This document shows, one piece after another, positions 46,288 through 56,417 of a stretch of 64,000 nt of DNA (its first letter is position 1; each line of letters starts with the position of its first letter). The notes under the pieces were generated by a model. The model ran no database searches. It was not told the DNA's origin and was given only the letters and a program-made list of their open reading frames with translations. Origin of the DNA: a virus (taxonomy: Duplodnaviria; Caudoviricetes); the IMG/VR virus record IMGVR_UViG_3300040811_001959. One strand, given 5' to 3'. The translations under genes and the position numbers were made by a program.

Positions 46288-47847
46288 ATGGCGTATATTA
46301 TCAATACATATAACAACGCACAATTAGCAATTGTGCAGGATGGAACAATAGATCAAACTACTGATTTAAAATTGGTAGGAAAAAATTATGCAGGGTATGG
46401 AGAAATACAAAATGAAAATTTTGTTTTTTTATTAGAAAATTTTGCCGGCTTGACTGAACCACCGAAGGCAATTGTAGGGCAAATTTGGTTTGATACTGCA
46501 AATAGTAAATTAAAATTTTATGATGGATTTCAATGGAGGATTGCAGGCGGTGCATTTACTTCTGATGAACAACCTGCTGGATTAAGTATAGGAGATTTTT
46601 GGTGGGATACAAACAATGAACAATTATATGCATATAATGGAACTGAATGGATATTAATAGGACCTCAAGGTATTGGCGAAGGAGTAACGCAATTTCAAAG
46701 TAGAGAAATTAAAGATAGTGTAAGTCCATTTCCATTACGACCTGTTATAGTAAGTATTGTCGATGATGAAATTATACATATAATAAGTTCTATAGATTTT
46801 ACTATTCATCCTGACGAACAAACAAATTATCCTGGTTTTGATAAAATCCATCAAGGATTAACATTAAAAAATACGATTAATTCAACAAATGGAGTTACAA
46901 GCACTCAGCATAGATGGTGGGGAACAGCTTCAAACTCGGATAGATTAGATGGATTAACGGCAGATAAATTTATACAAATAGCAGATCCAAGTTTTGATTT
47001 TGAAGTAAGTTTTGCCGATGCTGGTATAAAGATTGGCAATGATAACGATTTACGGATTAGGATTGTAAATGATAATGTAGCTAATTTTGCAAATGAACAA
47101 GGCACAGAAATGATTTTCCAGGTGCTAGATGAAAATTTACAAATTGCAATGCCACTTAGATTTAAAGCTGATGCTGTTTTACCTGGATATGTAAGTAATT
47201 ATACGAACCCAAATATTTTTTCTGGAACAAGGAATGTAGATATTGGAGCAGACTCTAATAAATTTATCAATGTCTATGCAAATAATTTTCGAGGTGTTGC
47301 TGACAGTGCTGATTTATTAAAAGGAAGATATATAGATTCTAATAGTGATCCTGCAACAGAGTATATGGAAGCTAATGTGAGTCATGTTGCAAATACTAGA
47401 ACCATTGTAGTAAGAGATCATACAGGAACTATCCAAGGTACATTGTTTGATGGAACTGCTACAGCGGCACAATATGCAGATTTAGCTGAAAATTATGCAT
47501 CAGATAAAGATTATGAACCTGGAACAGTGCTTGTAATAGGAGGAACCGCAGAAGTAACAGAATCTGCTGAATATTGTAGCACAAAGGTTGCAGGCGTTGT
47601 ATCTACAAATCCTGCTTATCTAATGAATAAAGAATGTGCAGGTGTAGCAGTTGCTTTAAAAGGCAGGGTTCCTTGTAAAGTAGTTGGAAAAACGAAAAAA
47701 GGAGATTTTTTAATTACATCACACATTGTTGGAGTTGCAACGGCTGCTGATACAATGTCTGCAATGCCTCATTCGGCTTGTATAATAGGAAAATCACTAG
47801 AGGAAAAAAATTCAGACGAGATTGGGATTATTGAAATTTTTATATAA
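46288..47847 (+). CDS. Fibre/spike protein (paralog 3) with C-terminal intramolecular-chaperone (peptidase G2-like) domain
   Basis: Shared N-terminal module. C-terminus AQYADLAENY..D..YEPGTVLVIGG...VAGVVSTNPAYLMN...VALKGRVPCKVVG..KKGD.L.TS...GVA. Confidence 0.7.
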   Translation: MAYIINTYNNAQLAIVQDGTIDQTTDLKLVGKNYAGYGEIQNENFVFLLENFAGLTEPPKAIVGQIWFDTANSKLKFYDGFQWRIAGGAFTSDEQPAGLSIGDFWWDTNNEQLYAYNGTEWILIGPQGIGEGVTQFQSREIKDSVSPFPLRPVIVSIVDDEIIHIISSIDFTIHPDEQTNYPGFDKIHQGLTLKNTINSTNGVTSTQHRWWGTASNSDRLDGLTADKFIQIADPSFDFEVSFADAGIKIGNDNDLRIRIVNDNVANFANEQGTEMIFQVLDENLQIAMPLRFKADAVLPGYVSNYTNPNIFSGTRNVDIGADSNKFINVYANNFRGVADSADLLKGRYIDSNSDPATEYMEANVSHVANTRTIVVRDHTGTIQGTLFDGTATAAQYADLAENYASDKDYEPGTVLVIGGTAEVTESAEYCSTKVAGVVSTNPAYLMNKECAGVAVALKGRVPCKVVGKTKKGDFLITSHIVGVATAADTMSAMPHSACIIGKSLEEKNSDEIGIIEIFI

Positions 47848-47850
47848 ATA
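47843..47850 (+). promoter_or_regulatory. T4-type late promoter TATAAATA heading the fibre-to-glycosyltransferase operon
   Basis: Exact consensus overlapping the stop of paralog 3, followed by AGGAG and ATG 47875. Confidence 0.75.
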
Positions 47851-47874
47851 ACACATAATATAGGAGTTTTTTTG

Positions 47875-48804
47875 ATGGTCACACTTTCAACAGGAGTTTC
47901 ATCAGGAGGATCAATTGATGCAGCTAATTATAACTTATTACAAACTGAAGTAGCACAAATTTTAGGAACTGGGTCAGGCGATAAAGGGTATGGACAAGCA
48001 TTAAGTAGCAGTCAAGTCACAGCAAATGATATTGTTCAAGGTGTAGACGGAGACTTAGTTACAGCAGCACAAATGGATTACTTGCGATCTGATATTGAAA
48101 AATGTTGGAAGCATCAAGTTTCGACGGGATTTGCATTAGGTGATATATCTCCTGGAGATTGGATCACGGCTGGGTCAGCAAGTACAAGTGGCGCATATAA
48201 TCAATATTTTTCGTATGTGACCAGTATTGTTAATAACAGATTATTGTTAGCAACTGGACAGTATACTGATACTTTACAGCAGAATAATTCTGTTCCTATT
48301 AACTGGACATCGCAGAGATCTGCAGAATATACAGTAGATTTTGGAACTGCAGAAGCAATGCGATTCTTTTTTAACTCAGGCGGTCAAATTCAGTTTACAT
48401 GGTCAACAGGTAATTCAGGAACAGGGGCATCTGCTAGTAAAAATATAAGTTGGGCAAATTTCTTAAACACGGTTCCATACACGTCTACCTATGCAACATA
48501 TACAAATTATACTTCTAGTTGGGTAGCAAAAATAAACACTGGAGTAGGTGGTTCAGGGGTTTACGCTGAAAATAAAGCAATTCTATATGTAAGACTTATA
48601 GATAGTAATACAACCATTGCTTATCAATGGGTTTTACAAGATCTTGATACAGGCGACGATACTACGCCAAATGACGGTTGGAATTATAAAACTGATGAAC
48701 CAGTTACATTGCCTATTAATTGTAGACTAACAACTAGAACTGCAACTGGAAGTTATGTATCACGAACTGCACCAACTGCATCCAATACTTCTCCATGGTC
48801 TTAA
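47875..48804 (+). CDS. Putative virion structural protein (S/T/G-rich, fibre/whisker-like)
   Basis: 309 aa from ATG 47875; GYGQ.L.S..V, F.....RFFFNSGG.I patterns; late promoter and strong ribosome-binding site upstream. Confidence 0.55.
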   Translation: MVTLSTGVSSGGSIDAANYNLLQTEVAQILGTGSGDKGYGQALSSSQVTANDIVQGVDGDLVTAAQMDYLRSDIEKCWKHQVSTGFALGDISPGDWITAGSASTSGAYNQYFSYVTSIVNNRLLLATGQYTDTLQQNNSVPINWTSQRSAEYTVDFGTAEAMRFFFNSGGQIQFTWSTGNSGTGASASKNISWANFLNTVPYTSTYATYTNYTSSWVAKINTGVGGSGVYAENKAILYVRLIDSNTTIAYQWVLQDLDTGDDTTPNDGWNYKTDEPVTLPINCRLTTRTATGSYVSRTAPTASNTSPWS

Positions 48805-49152
48805 GTGGATGATAAATTACAAAAAGCATTAGAATTTTCTAATTATCTAATTACATTTAACGAACAAAAAACTGTATTACAAGAACATTTTAAAGATAAT
48901 ATAGTTTACTACTATAATGGCGCTAAGTTTACTATTACATTAGAATTGTTGAGTTATTGCAAATCTTGTGTTGATAGTAATAGGCATAGTGAAATTTTAG
49001 TTGATGATAATTGTATACCTTTTAAAATTGATATTGCACCATTTTATTTTTCTATTTTAAATTTGTATAATGATTCAAAAGAAAAGTATTTTGAAGAATA
49101 TTCAAAGTTGATTAAATCACGAACAGTAAAAACTATTGTAGACTATGAGTAA
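48805..49152 (+). CDS. Hypothetical protein (possible fibre assembly chaperone)
   Basis: 115 aa; GTG start immediately after the previous TAA. Function is inferred from position only. Confidence 0.5.
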   Translation: MDDKLQKALEFSNYLITFNEQKTVLQEHFKDNIVYYYNGAKFTITLELLSYCKSCVDSNRHSEILVDDNCIPFKIDIAPFYFSILNLYNDSKEKYFEEYSKLIKSRTVKTIVDYE

Positions 49153-49975
49153 AGGCATTTTACTCTTTGCTTTCAATAATAAAATTGATTATATAAAACA
49201 GGCATGTTTTTTTGCAATAACAGCAAAAGAATTTTTAAACTTACCTGTGAGCGTTGTAACTGATGATATTTCATATGCATCTAAGTTTGAAAAATATTTT
49301 GATAAAATAGTTCTTTTTGACAATCTAAAAGAAACTAATTATAAAGTTTATTTTAATGGTACAAGTTCTGAAAAATTAAATTTTAAAAATTCGGCTAGAT
49401 GCCATTCATATGATTTAACTCCTTATAATGAAACTTTAGTAATAGATACTGATGTATTATTAGGCAATAAGATTTTCCGCGAATGTTATAATTCAATTGG
49501 TGATTTTTTAATTTATGATATTGCTTATTTTTTAAATGATATTAAAGGCGCTGAAATAGAATATTGTAATGATGTAGGAATAAAGTTTTATTGGGCTACG
49601 GCATTTTTCTTTAGGAAAACTATAGAAAATAAAATATTTTTTGATTTACTAAAGCATATTCAAGATAATTGGAATCATTACAGATTTAATTATAAAATAG
49701 ATCAAACATATTTTAGGAATGATTATGCATTTAGTATTGCAATTCATATTATGAATGGTTTTGGTATAGGAAATTTTGCTAATCCTATGCCTGGAAAACT
49801 TTATTTTTTATCAGATAGAGAATATATTGTTGATTATAACAAAAATAGTTTTTTATTTTTATTACAAGATAAATTGACAGAACAATATTTTTTAAGTAGA
49901 ACGAAAAATTTTAATGTACATGTATTAAATAAATTCAGTTTAGATAAAATTGTAAATAAAAATATCAATGAATAA
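49145..49975 (+). CDS. GT-A fold glycosyltransferase (paralog A)
   Basis: GILLFA....DY.KQA......K..L.LPVS.VT, YDLTPYNETLVIDTD (DxD motif), FRND.AFSIA.H. Confidence 0.75.
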   Translation: MSKGILLFAFNNKIDYIKQACFFAITAKEFLNLPVSVVTDDISYASKFEKYFDKIVLFDNLKETNYKVYFNGTSSEKLNFKNSARCHSYDLTPYNETLVIDTDVLLGNKIFRECYNSIGDFLIYDIAYFLNDIKGAEIEYCNDVGIKFYWATAFFFRKTIENKIFFDLLKHIQDNWNHYRFNYKIDQTYFRNDYAFSIAIHIMNGFGIGNFANPMPGKLYFLSDREYIVDYNKNSFLFLLQDKLTEQYFLSRTKNFNVHVLNKFSLDKIVNKNINE

Positions 49976-50777
49976 TGGTTTTTTAATTTATGCATCAGGT
50001 ATTGACTACATAAAACAAGCCTATCTGTGTGGACTAAGTATAAAAAAATGTAATAATTATCCAATTTCTCTTGTTACAACAGATGATACTTATATTACAG
50101 AAAAAATTAAAAATTTTTTTGATAAAATTATTATTGTTCTACCGGATTTAAATCATCGTTATCATATCAGTAATAGGTCGTCTTTGTATTTTTTATCTCC
50201 ATATGAAAATACAATTGTTTTTGATAGTGATACAATTATATTAGAAAATTTTGATAAAAAATGGCAAGAATTATATGATCAAAATTTCATATACTATCCT
50301 ACAGATGCATTTACGTATAGAAATGTCAAGGTAACAAATGATTTTTATAGGAAAGCATTTGTTGATAATAATTTGCCTAATATTTACACAGGTTGTTATT
50401 TTTTTAAAAAATGTAATGAAAGCGATAAATTTTATAGCTTATTAAAAATAGTTGCAGATAATTGGCCTGAATTTTACAAAATATATTTAGGCAAGGATAA
50501 ATTAAATTTACCTAGTATGGATATTTTGACAGCTATTACAGATAAAATGTTAAAAGTAAATAGTATTAAACAAAAATCTTTTTTTAAATTTATTCATATG
50601 AAAAATAGAATTCAAGACTGGAAAATTAATGCAAATTCATGGTTAGATACAATTCCTTATTATATTAATGATGATAGTGAATTATTTGTCGGAAACCATA
50701 AACAGAGTGGAGTATTTCATTATGTTATTAATGATTTTTGTAACGATTTTATAATTGATACATTTGAAAAATTATGA
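49968..50777 (+). CDS. GT-A fold glycosyltransferase (paralog B)
   Basis: GFLIYA.G.DY.KQAYL..LSIK....YPISLVT, LSPYENTIVFDSD (DxD motif), LPNIYTG.YFFKK; clearly paralogous to the previous gene. Confidence 0.75.
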   Translation: MNNGFLIYASGIDYIKQAYLCGLSIKKCNNYPISLVTTDDTYITEKIKNFFDKIIIVLPDLNHRYHISNRSSLYFLSPYENTIVFDSDTIILENFDKKWQELYDQNFIYYPTDAFTYRNVKVTNDFYRKAFVDNNLPNIYTGCYFFKKCNESDKFYSLLKIVADNWPEFYKIYLGKDKLNLPSMDILTAITDKMLKVNSIKQKSFFKFIHMKNRIQDWKINANSWLDTIPYYINDDSELFVGNHKQSGVFHYVINDFCNDFIIDTFEKL

Positions 50778-51304
50778 ACTTTTACGTTTCTTATTTTGCA
50801 GATTCAAAAGAAGTCTGGCAATTTAGCAATGTACAGCCAGATAGTGATGATTTTATTGTAATTAATAAAATAGAAGATTTAGGAGGATTAGACGTAAGGA
50901 AAGATTGTATAACAAATTACAAAGTTAATTATGATAGTTTATTTGACAAATATTATATAACAAGTAAAGTAGATGTAAGTAAAAATACTAGTTTTATAGA
51001 AATTAAAGAATTTGTGTATGCAGATATATTTATTGTTCAAGATTTTAAATCAAATAAATGGAAATTTATTTTATCAGATCAATGCCAAATAGATGATAAT
51101 CCTGAAAAATTATATTTTTCAATATGTCAAAATAATAATCCTAATATTTTAATTAGATTAATTGAAATTAATTTTGATACTTTATATTATAGTAAAGAAA
51201 TATTATTTCCTTTTCAGTATGAAATTGAAAATGATAAGGAAAAAATAAGTATTTTTACGCACTATACTTCAATTAACTATTCTTATAAAAAAAATTATGA
51301 ATAA
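50774..51304 (+). CDS. Hypothetical protein
   Basis: 176-aa ORF overlapping both neighbours (translational coupling); no recognisable motif. Confidence 0.6.
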   Translation: MNFYVSYFADSKEVWQFSNVQPDSDDFIVINKIEDLGGLDVRKDCITNYKVNYDSLFDKYYITSKVDVSKNTSFIEIKEFVYADIFIVQDFKSNKWKFILSDQCQIDDNPEKLYFSICQNNNPNILIRLIEINFDTLYYSKEILFPFQYEIENDKEKISIFTHYTSINYSYKKNYE

Positions 51305-53843
51305 TATATTTAAAATTGCAGAACATGATGTAATTTTTTTGTCTTATGACGAACCAAATGCTGAAAAGAACTATGCAGATTTATTAACAAAAATACCCTG
51401 GGCTAAACGAATACACGGGGTACATGGTTCAGATTCTGCACATAAAGAATGTGCAAAGATAAGTGAAACAGAAAGATTAATAGTTATAGACGGTGATAAT
51501 ATTGTTGATAGTAATTTTGTAAACGAGGAAATAAAATTTAAAAAAAATGTTGATATAACAAAAAATGTAATCAGTTGGCCAGGTAGGAATATTATCAATG
51601 GGTTAATATATGGTAATGGTGGTATAAAATGTTGGCATAAGCAAACTTTACTAGATATAAAGACGCATGAAAATGCCGATCCAGATAACATACATGCACA
51701 GGTTGATTTTTGTTGGGATATAGAATATATTACAATGCAAAAGTCTATGAGTGTTGTAGAAAATAACTTTACACCTCAACAAGCATGGCGAGCTGGCTTT
51801 AGAGAAGGTGTGAAAATGTGTTTATTAGAAGGTGTTAAACCGTCTATAGAAGAATTTAATAAAATACATTGGAAAAATTTGCATAGATTATACATATGGT
51901 GTATGACAGGACAAGATGTAAAAAATGGAATATATGCTATATTAGGCGCTAGGCAAGGTTTGTACAAGACTATGTGTACCGATTGGAATTTTATAAATGT
52001 TAGAGATTTTGCTTATTTAAATTCTTTATGGAATGACGAATTAGCAGGTATAGATGAAGATAGTGCTGTTGATCTCGCACAACAGGTCGGAGATAAAATT
52101 AAACAGCATTTAGATATACCTATTTCTAGCTTGCCATTAAGCGTAGATCAAAGCAAATTTTATAAAACTACATTTACAAATAGCGTTAGACCAAAGCATC
52201 CTTCGTTAGCTACTGATAAAGAAACAGCAAGTTATGATATTGTAATGATAACATATAATGAATTAAATGGTACAGAAAATTACAATAGATTAAAAGACAG
52301 ATTTACAAATGTAAAAAGGATTCATAAAGTAAAAGGAATACATCAAGCTCATATAGCAGCCGCAGAGATATGCGAGACTGATATGATGTGGGTAGTAGAT
52401 GGTGATGCAGAAATTGTAGAAGATTTTTGTTTTGATTATATAGTTCCTGATAATGAAAAACAATTTGTACATGTTTGGCGCAGTCGAAATCCTATAAATG
52501 ATCTAGAATATGGGTATGGTGGAGTAAAATTGTTACCTACAGATATGACACGTAATATGGATTTATCAAAACCCGATATGACTACAAGCATAAGTAGACA
52601 TTTTAAGAAAATGAATGAAGTAAGTAATTACACTAGATTTAATACAGATGAATTTACTACCTGGCGTAGTGCGTTTAGAGAGTGTTGTAAGTTAGCAAGT
52701 GCAGTAATTGATAGACAAAAGCAAAAAGAAACAGATGAAAGATTAGAACGTTGGTGCAGTGATTATGGAAAAGATAGACCATTTGGAGAAGATGCAATCA
52801 AAGGCGCTAATCAAGGTAAAGAATATGGCATTAAAAATTGTGGAGATATTGAAGAATTATCAAAAATAAATGATTTTGATTGGTTAAAAATTAAATTTCA
52901 AGAATTTAACAATGTAAAAGTAGATAGTATAAATGTTCCTAAAGAAGTAAATAAAAATATTGAATTTTTACATGGTTTACACGAGTATTGTTTATATAAA
53001 TCTGAAAAAAAAGTTGCAGAAAATATAGATTATGTTTTAAATATTGCTTATTCTAATGATCCAGTTAGAGCTATTATAAATTATTTTTTGCCTAAAGCAA
53101 TGTATAATTCTTTAGAGCAAGGAACGTTAATTGATGATTTAATTTTATACTGTTTGACTAATAATGATGGAAAAAACACTAGATATTTTAGATTTGTGAG
53201 AGATTTTGTAAAAAAAGGAAAAAATTTAAAAATTTTGTCTGATGCATTTAGTCGTAGTCAAATGCGTAGTAAAATTTGGTTAGTTGACGAATTATCTAAA
53301 ATTAATAAAAATTTTGATAACATAGTTTTATTAGCAGGATGGTATGGTCAGTTAATTGATTTATTTGGAAATCAAAGTATAAATGAAATTACTTTTGCAA
53401 AATTTAGAAATATAGAACTTGACAAAGATTGTTGTTTAGAAAGTGATTACAATTTTAATTTACGTAGATTAGAGGGTCATAAAGTTAAAGCAATAAATGT
53501 AGATATTAATAATCTTACCCTACATGAAAATGGTTATGAATGGGAAATTGAAAATTTTAAAACTGAAGAAAAATATTTAGAGAAATTTTTACCAGATTTA
53601 ATAATTAACACAAGCTCAGAACATATGACAACAGAATGGTTCAATCAAATACGTTTTAAAAAATGGACAAAAAAACCTCTGGTTGTTATCCAAAATAATA
53701 ATTTTTTCGGAATACCTGAACATGTAAACTGTGTACATAGTATTGATCATATGAAAAAAGTATTTCCTATGGAAAAAATATTATTCGAAGGAGAATTACA
53801 ACTTAAAGGATATAAACGTGTTATGTTAATAGGGTATGCATGA
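51297..53843 (+). CDS. Fusion of two tandem GT-A-like domains and a C-terminal SAM-dependent methyltransferase-like domain
   Basis: Internal duplication: DVIFLSYDE..AH..CA..SET...IDGDN..YGNGGIK..WRAGFREGVK versus DIVMITYNE..AH..AA..CET..VDGDA..YGYGGVK..WRSAFRECCK. C-terminus has IVLLAGWYG...DLIINTSSEHM...QNNN (Rossmann methyltransferase-like). Confidence 0.7.
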   Translation: MNNIFKIAEHDVIFLSYDEPNAEKNYADLLTKIPWAKRIHGVHGSDSAHKECAKISETERLIVIDGDNIVDSNFVNEEIKFKKNVDITKNVISWPGRNIINGLIYGNGGIKCWHKQTLLDIKTHENADPDNIHAQVDFCWDIEYITMQKSMSVVENNFTPQQAWRAGFREGVKMCLLEGVKPSIEEFNKIHWKNLHRLYIWCMTGQDVKNGIYAILGARQGLYKTMCTDWNFINVRDFAYLNSLWNDELAGIDEDSAVDLAQQVGDKIKQHLDIPISSLPLSVDQSKFYKTTFTNSVRPKHPSLATDKETASYDIVMITYNELNGTENYNRLKDRFTNVKRIHKVKGIHQAHIAAAEICETDMMWVVDGDAEIVEDFCFDYIVPDNEKQFVHVWRSRNPINDLEYGYGGVKLLPTDMTRNMDLSKPDMTTSISRHFKKMNEVSNYTRFNTDEFTTWRSAFRECCKLASAVIDRQKQKETDERLERWCSDYGKDRPFGEDAIKGANQGKEYGIKNCGDIEELSKINDFDWLKIKFQEFNNVKVDSINVPKEVNKNIEFLHGLHEYCLYKSEKKVAENIDYVLNIAYSNDPVRAIINYFLPKAMYNSLEQGTLIDDLILYCLTNNDGKNTRYFRFVRDFVKKGKNLKILSDAFSRSQMRSKIWLVDELSKINKNFDNIVLLAGWYGQLIDLFGNQSINEITFAKFRNIELDKDCCLESDYNFNLRRLEGHKVKAINVDINNLTLHENGYEWEIENFKTEEKYLEKFLPDLIINTSSEHMTTEWFNQIRFKKWTKKPLVVIQNNNFFGIPEHVNCVHSIDHMKKVFPMEKILFEGELQLKGYKRVMLIGYA

Positions 53844-54067
53844 ATTTAGAAAATTTTAGTCTAAGAAAGCTACAAAAAGAAAGTTCTCGTGCGTTAGCTA
53901 CAATAGAAGCAACAAATAATAATATATACCAATTTAATAAGAATGCACATCACGATAGTCAAAATTGGTATAAAACTGTAATTAAATGGTATGTAAAAGA
54001 ATATGGAGGATTACCCAGTGAAGTAGGTCCTGGAAAAGAGATCAAGCTTTTAACAGAAAATGTATAA
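53840..54067 (+). CDS. Small hypothetical protein (75 aa)
   Basis: ATGA overlap with the upstream gene and 8-nt overlap with the downstream radical SAM gene. Confidence 0.6.
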   Translation: MNLENFSLRKLQKESSRALATIEATNNNIYQFNKNAHHDSQNWYKTVIKWYVKEYGGLPSEVGPGKEIKLLTENV

Positions 54068-55127
54068 TTACAAAGATATAAAAACAATTCATTTAGAAAT
54101 AACACAAAATTGTCAAGCTTCATGTCCTATGTGTGATAGGAATCAAAACGGCGGTGCATTAAATCCTCACATAAACTTAGATGAATTAACAATTAATGAT
54201 GTAAAAAATATATTCACACCGGATTTTATTTCTCAATTATCTACAATGTATATGTGCGGTAATTTAGGCGATCCTATTGTTGCTCGTGATACATTAGAGG
54301 TTTTTGAATATTTTAGGAGTAATAATCCTAAAATGTGGTTAAGTATGAACACAAATGCAGGAGCTAGAGATGAGAATTGGTGGCAAGAGCTTGCTAAAAT
54401 TTATGGCAGGATGGGAGCTGTTATTTTTAGTGTAGACGGCCTACAGGATACTAATCATATTTATAGGCAAGGTGTAGTTTGGGAAAATGTAGAACGGTCT
54501 ATGCGTAGCTTTACAAGTGCAGGAGGAAGAGGACGTTGGGACTTTTTAATTTTTGATCATAACCAACATCAAGTAGAAGAAGCGGAGCGTTTAAGTAAAG
54601 AATGGGGTTTTGAAAAATTTATTAAGAAAAAAACTGGAAGATTTGTAACCGCAAATGTTGAAGCAAAGGAAACACATCAAGCAGTAAATAAAAAAGGTAA
54701 AAAAACTGCCGAACTTGCAAAACCCAAAGACGAATTTCAAAATACTGCTGTAAAAAAGTTGCCTACAATATTAGAAAAGTATGGAAGTATGGACAGCTAT
54801 TATGATGTTGTTCCGATAAATTGTAAAGTAAAAAATGAAGGCAGTTTATTTATAACAGCAGAAGGTTTAGCTCTACCTTGTTGTTGGACAGCTGGCCGGA
54901 TGTATAAATGGTGGCATGAAGATCCTAAAACAGAACAGATTTGGCATTTTATTAAAGATAAATCGTTAATTGATGCAAAAAAAGGCCTGAAAAAAGTTTT
55001 TGAATCAAGTGTTTTTAAAGATATCGAAAATAGTTGGAGTAAAAAAAATTGCAAAGAAGGAAAATTAAAAGTTTGTGCAATTAAATGCGGAAAAGAATTT
55101 GATCCTTTTACTGCTCAATTTAAATAG
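54060..55127 (+). CDS. Radical SAM enzyme with C-terminal SPASM/twitch-type domain
   Basis: CQASCPMC (CxxxCxxC), MCGNLGDP, NTNAG, FSVDG; C-terminal CKV...GLALPCCW...C..GKLKVCAIKCG. Confidence 0.9.
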   Translation: MYNYKDIKTIHLEITQNCQASCPMCDRNQNGGALNPHINLDELTINDVKNIFTPDFISQLSTMYMCGNLGDPIVARDTLEVFEYFRSNNPKMWLSMNTNAGARDENWWQELAKIYGRMGAVIFSVDGLQDTNHIYRQGVVWENVERSMRSFTSAGGRGRWDFLIFDHNQHQVEEAERLSKEWGFEKFIKKKTGRFVTANVEAKETHQAVNKKGKKTAELAKPKDEFQNTAVKKLPTILEKYGSMDSYYDVVPINCKVKNEGSLFITAEGLALPCCWTAGRMYKWWHEDPKTEQIWHFIKDKSLIDAKKGLKKVFESSVFKDIENSWSKKNCKEGKLKVCAIKCGKEFDPFTAQFK

Positions 55128-55130
55128 TAT

Positions 55131-56399
55131 ATGTGTGGATTTTATTTTACGAATATAAAACCTAAAAATTTTTATTTTTTAGATGTTATATCAAGAGGTT
55201 TAGATTATTGTGTTTTTGACTCCAATGATTATTTTGCTATACAAAGCGTGTTGCCTTGTGTTAATACAATAGATTTTACAATTTATGAAAGTAAAGAATA
55301 TTTGTTTTTATATACAGGAGAAATTTACAATTATGATAGGAATTTTAATTCAGACACAGAAATGTTTTTTTATGATTTAATCCATAATAGAAATATTTCT
55401 AATTATAATGGTATGTATGCTTATGTGTTATACAATAAAAAAACAAAAAATATAAAATATGGCAGAGATAAAACAGGACAAATTCCCTTATTTGTTTATA
55501 ATAAAGCAGGACAAATTATTATATCTAACACAATTAAAAGTATTGTTAAATCAATATCTCCAAGTTTGAATACAAATAGTTTGTTATTATGGAAAAAATC
55601 TAAACATTATATATTTAATGAGACACCTTGGCAAGATATATATCTAGTTCCTCCGTCAAGTACTGAAAGACTTGTTAACTCTAAAAAGACAATCAAAGAA
55701 ACATTTCAAGAATTACAATTAGATTATGTATCAAAATTATCTGCTGCATCTATAAATAGTGGCGGTGTAGATAGTGGTATTGTTAGTAAATGGTTTGGAC
55801 AATTTGAAGTTGCAATCAATCATGTTGGCAAAGACTTTGTAAGTAATAAATTATCTTTTGCATTTGATGTAGAAGAAGACGAATGGATAGATTATGTAAA
55901 TAATTTTATTCAAGATGTGTATCTTTTTCCTTACACGTGGAGTTGGGTAGGTTATTATATTTTAGGTAAAAAATTGCAAAAAAAAATTAATATTTTATAC
56001 ACTGGCGAAGGAGCAGATGAAATATTTGGCGGTTATCCAGGATATGCAAAAGGTGAGAGAACTCCTTACTCTGATTATTTTCCGATTTATGGGAAAAATT
56101 TTTTAGTAGAAAATAAGTTAAGTGATCAAAAATATTTTATACCAATTGCTACTATGGGAGCAAACTTAGCATTGGGTAATTTTTGTATAGAGGCAAGATC
56201 TCCATTCCTAGACAGACGTTTTTTGAATAATAAAAATTATTACAAAGAAAATGATAAGAAAATTTTGAAAGAATATTACAAAGAATTGTATAAAAAAGAT
56301 TATTCAGCGAAGCAAGGATTTGCTGGATTTCCAGATGAGTATGGAAAAAATACAAGTTGGAAAGATGCATGTTTTGAACAGTTAAAAACACTTATTTAA
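55131..56399 (+). CDS. Asparagine-synthetase-like (AsnB family) glutamine amidotransferase
   Basis: N-terminal MCG (Ntn nucleophile Cys), SRGLD, GEIYN, GMYAYV, RD..G..PLF, PP-loop SGGVDS, TGEGADEIFGGY and EARSPFLD. Confidence 0.85.
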   Translation: MCGFYFTNIKPKNFYFLDVISRGLDYCVFDSNDYFAIQSVLPCVNTIDFTIYESKEYLFLYTGEIYNYDRNFNSDTEMFFYDLIHNRNISNYNGMYAYVLYNKKTKNIKYGRDKTGQIPLFVYNKAGQIIISNTIKSIVKSISPSLNTNSLLLWKKSKHYIFNETPWQDIYLVPPSSTERLVNSKKTIKETFQELQLDYVSKLSAASINSGGVDSGIVSKWFGQFEVAINHVGKDFVSNKLSFAFDVEEDEWIDYVNNFIQDVYLFPYTWSWVGYYILGKKLQKKINILYTGEGADEIFGGYPGYAKGERTPYSDYFPIYGKNFLVENKLSDQKYFIPIATMGANLALGNFCIEARSPFLDRRFLNNKNYYKENDKKILKEYYKELYKKDYSAKQGFAGFPDEYGKNTSWKDACFEQLKTLI

Positions 56400-56417
56400 T
56401 AATTAGGAATATCAATT

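Noticed and set aside
53840-56399. RiPP (lasso peptide or SPASM peptide-maturase) interpretation of AsnB-like plus radical SAM plus small ORF
   Set aside because: No leader peptidase, RRE/PqqD gene or precursor-like peptide was seen. The AsnB homolog keeps the glutaminase Cys1, and the context is glycosyltransferase-rich. Not excluded, but unsupported.
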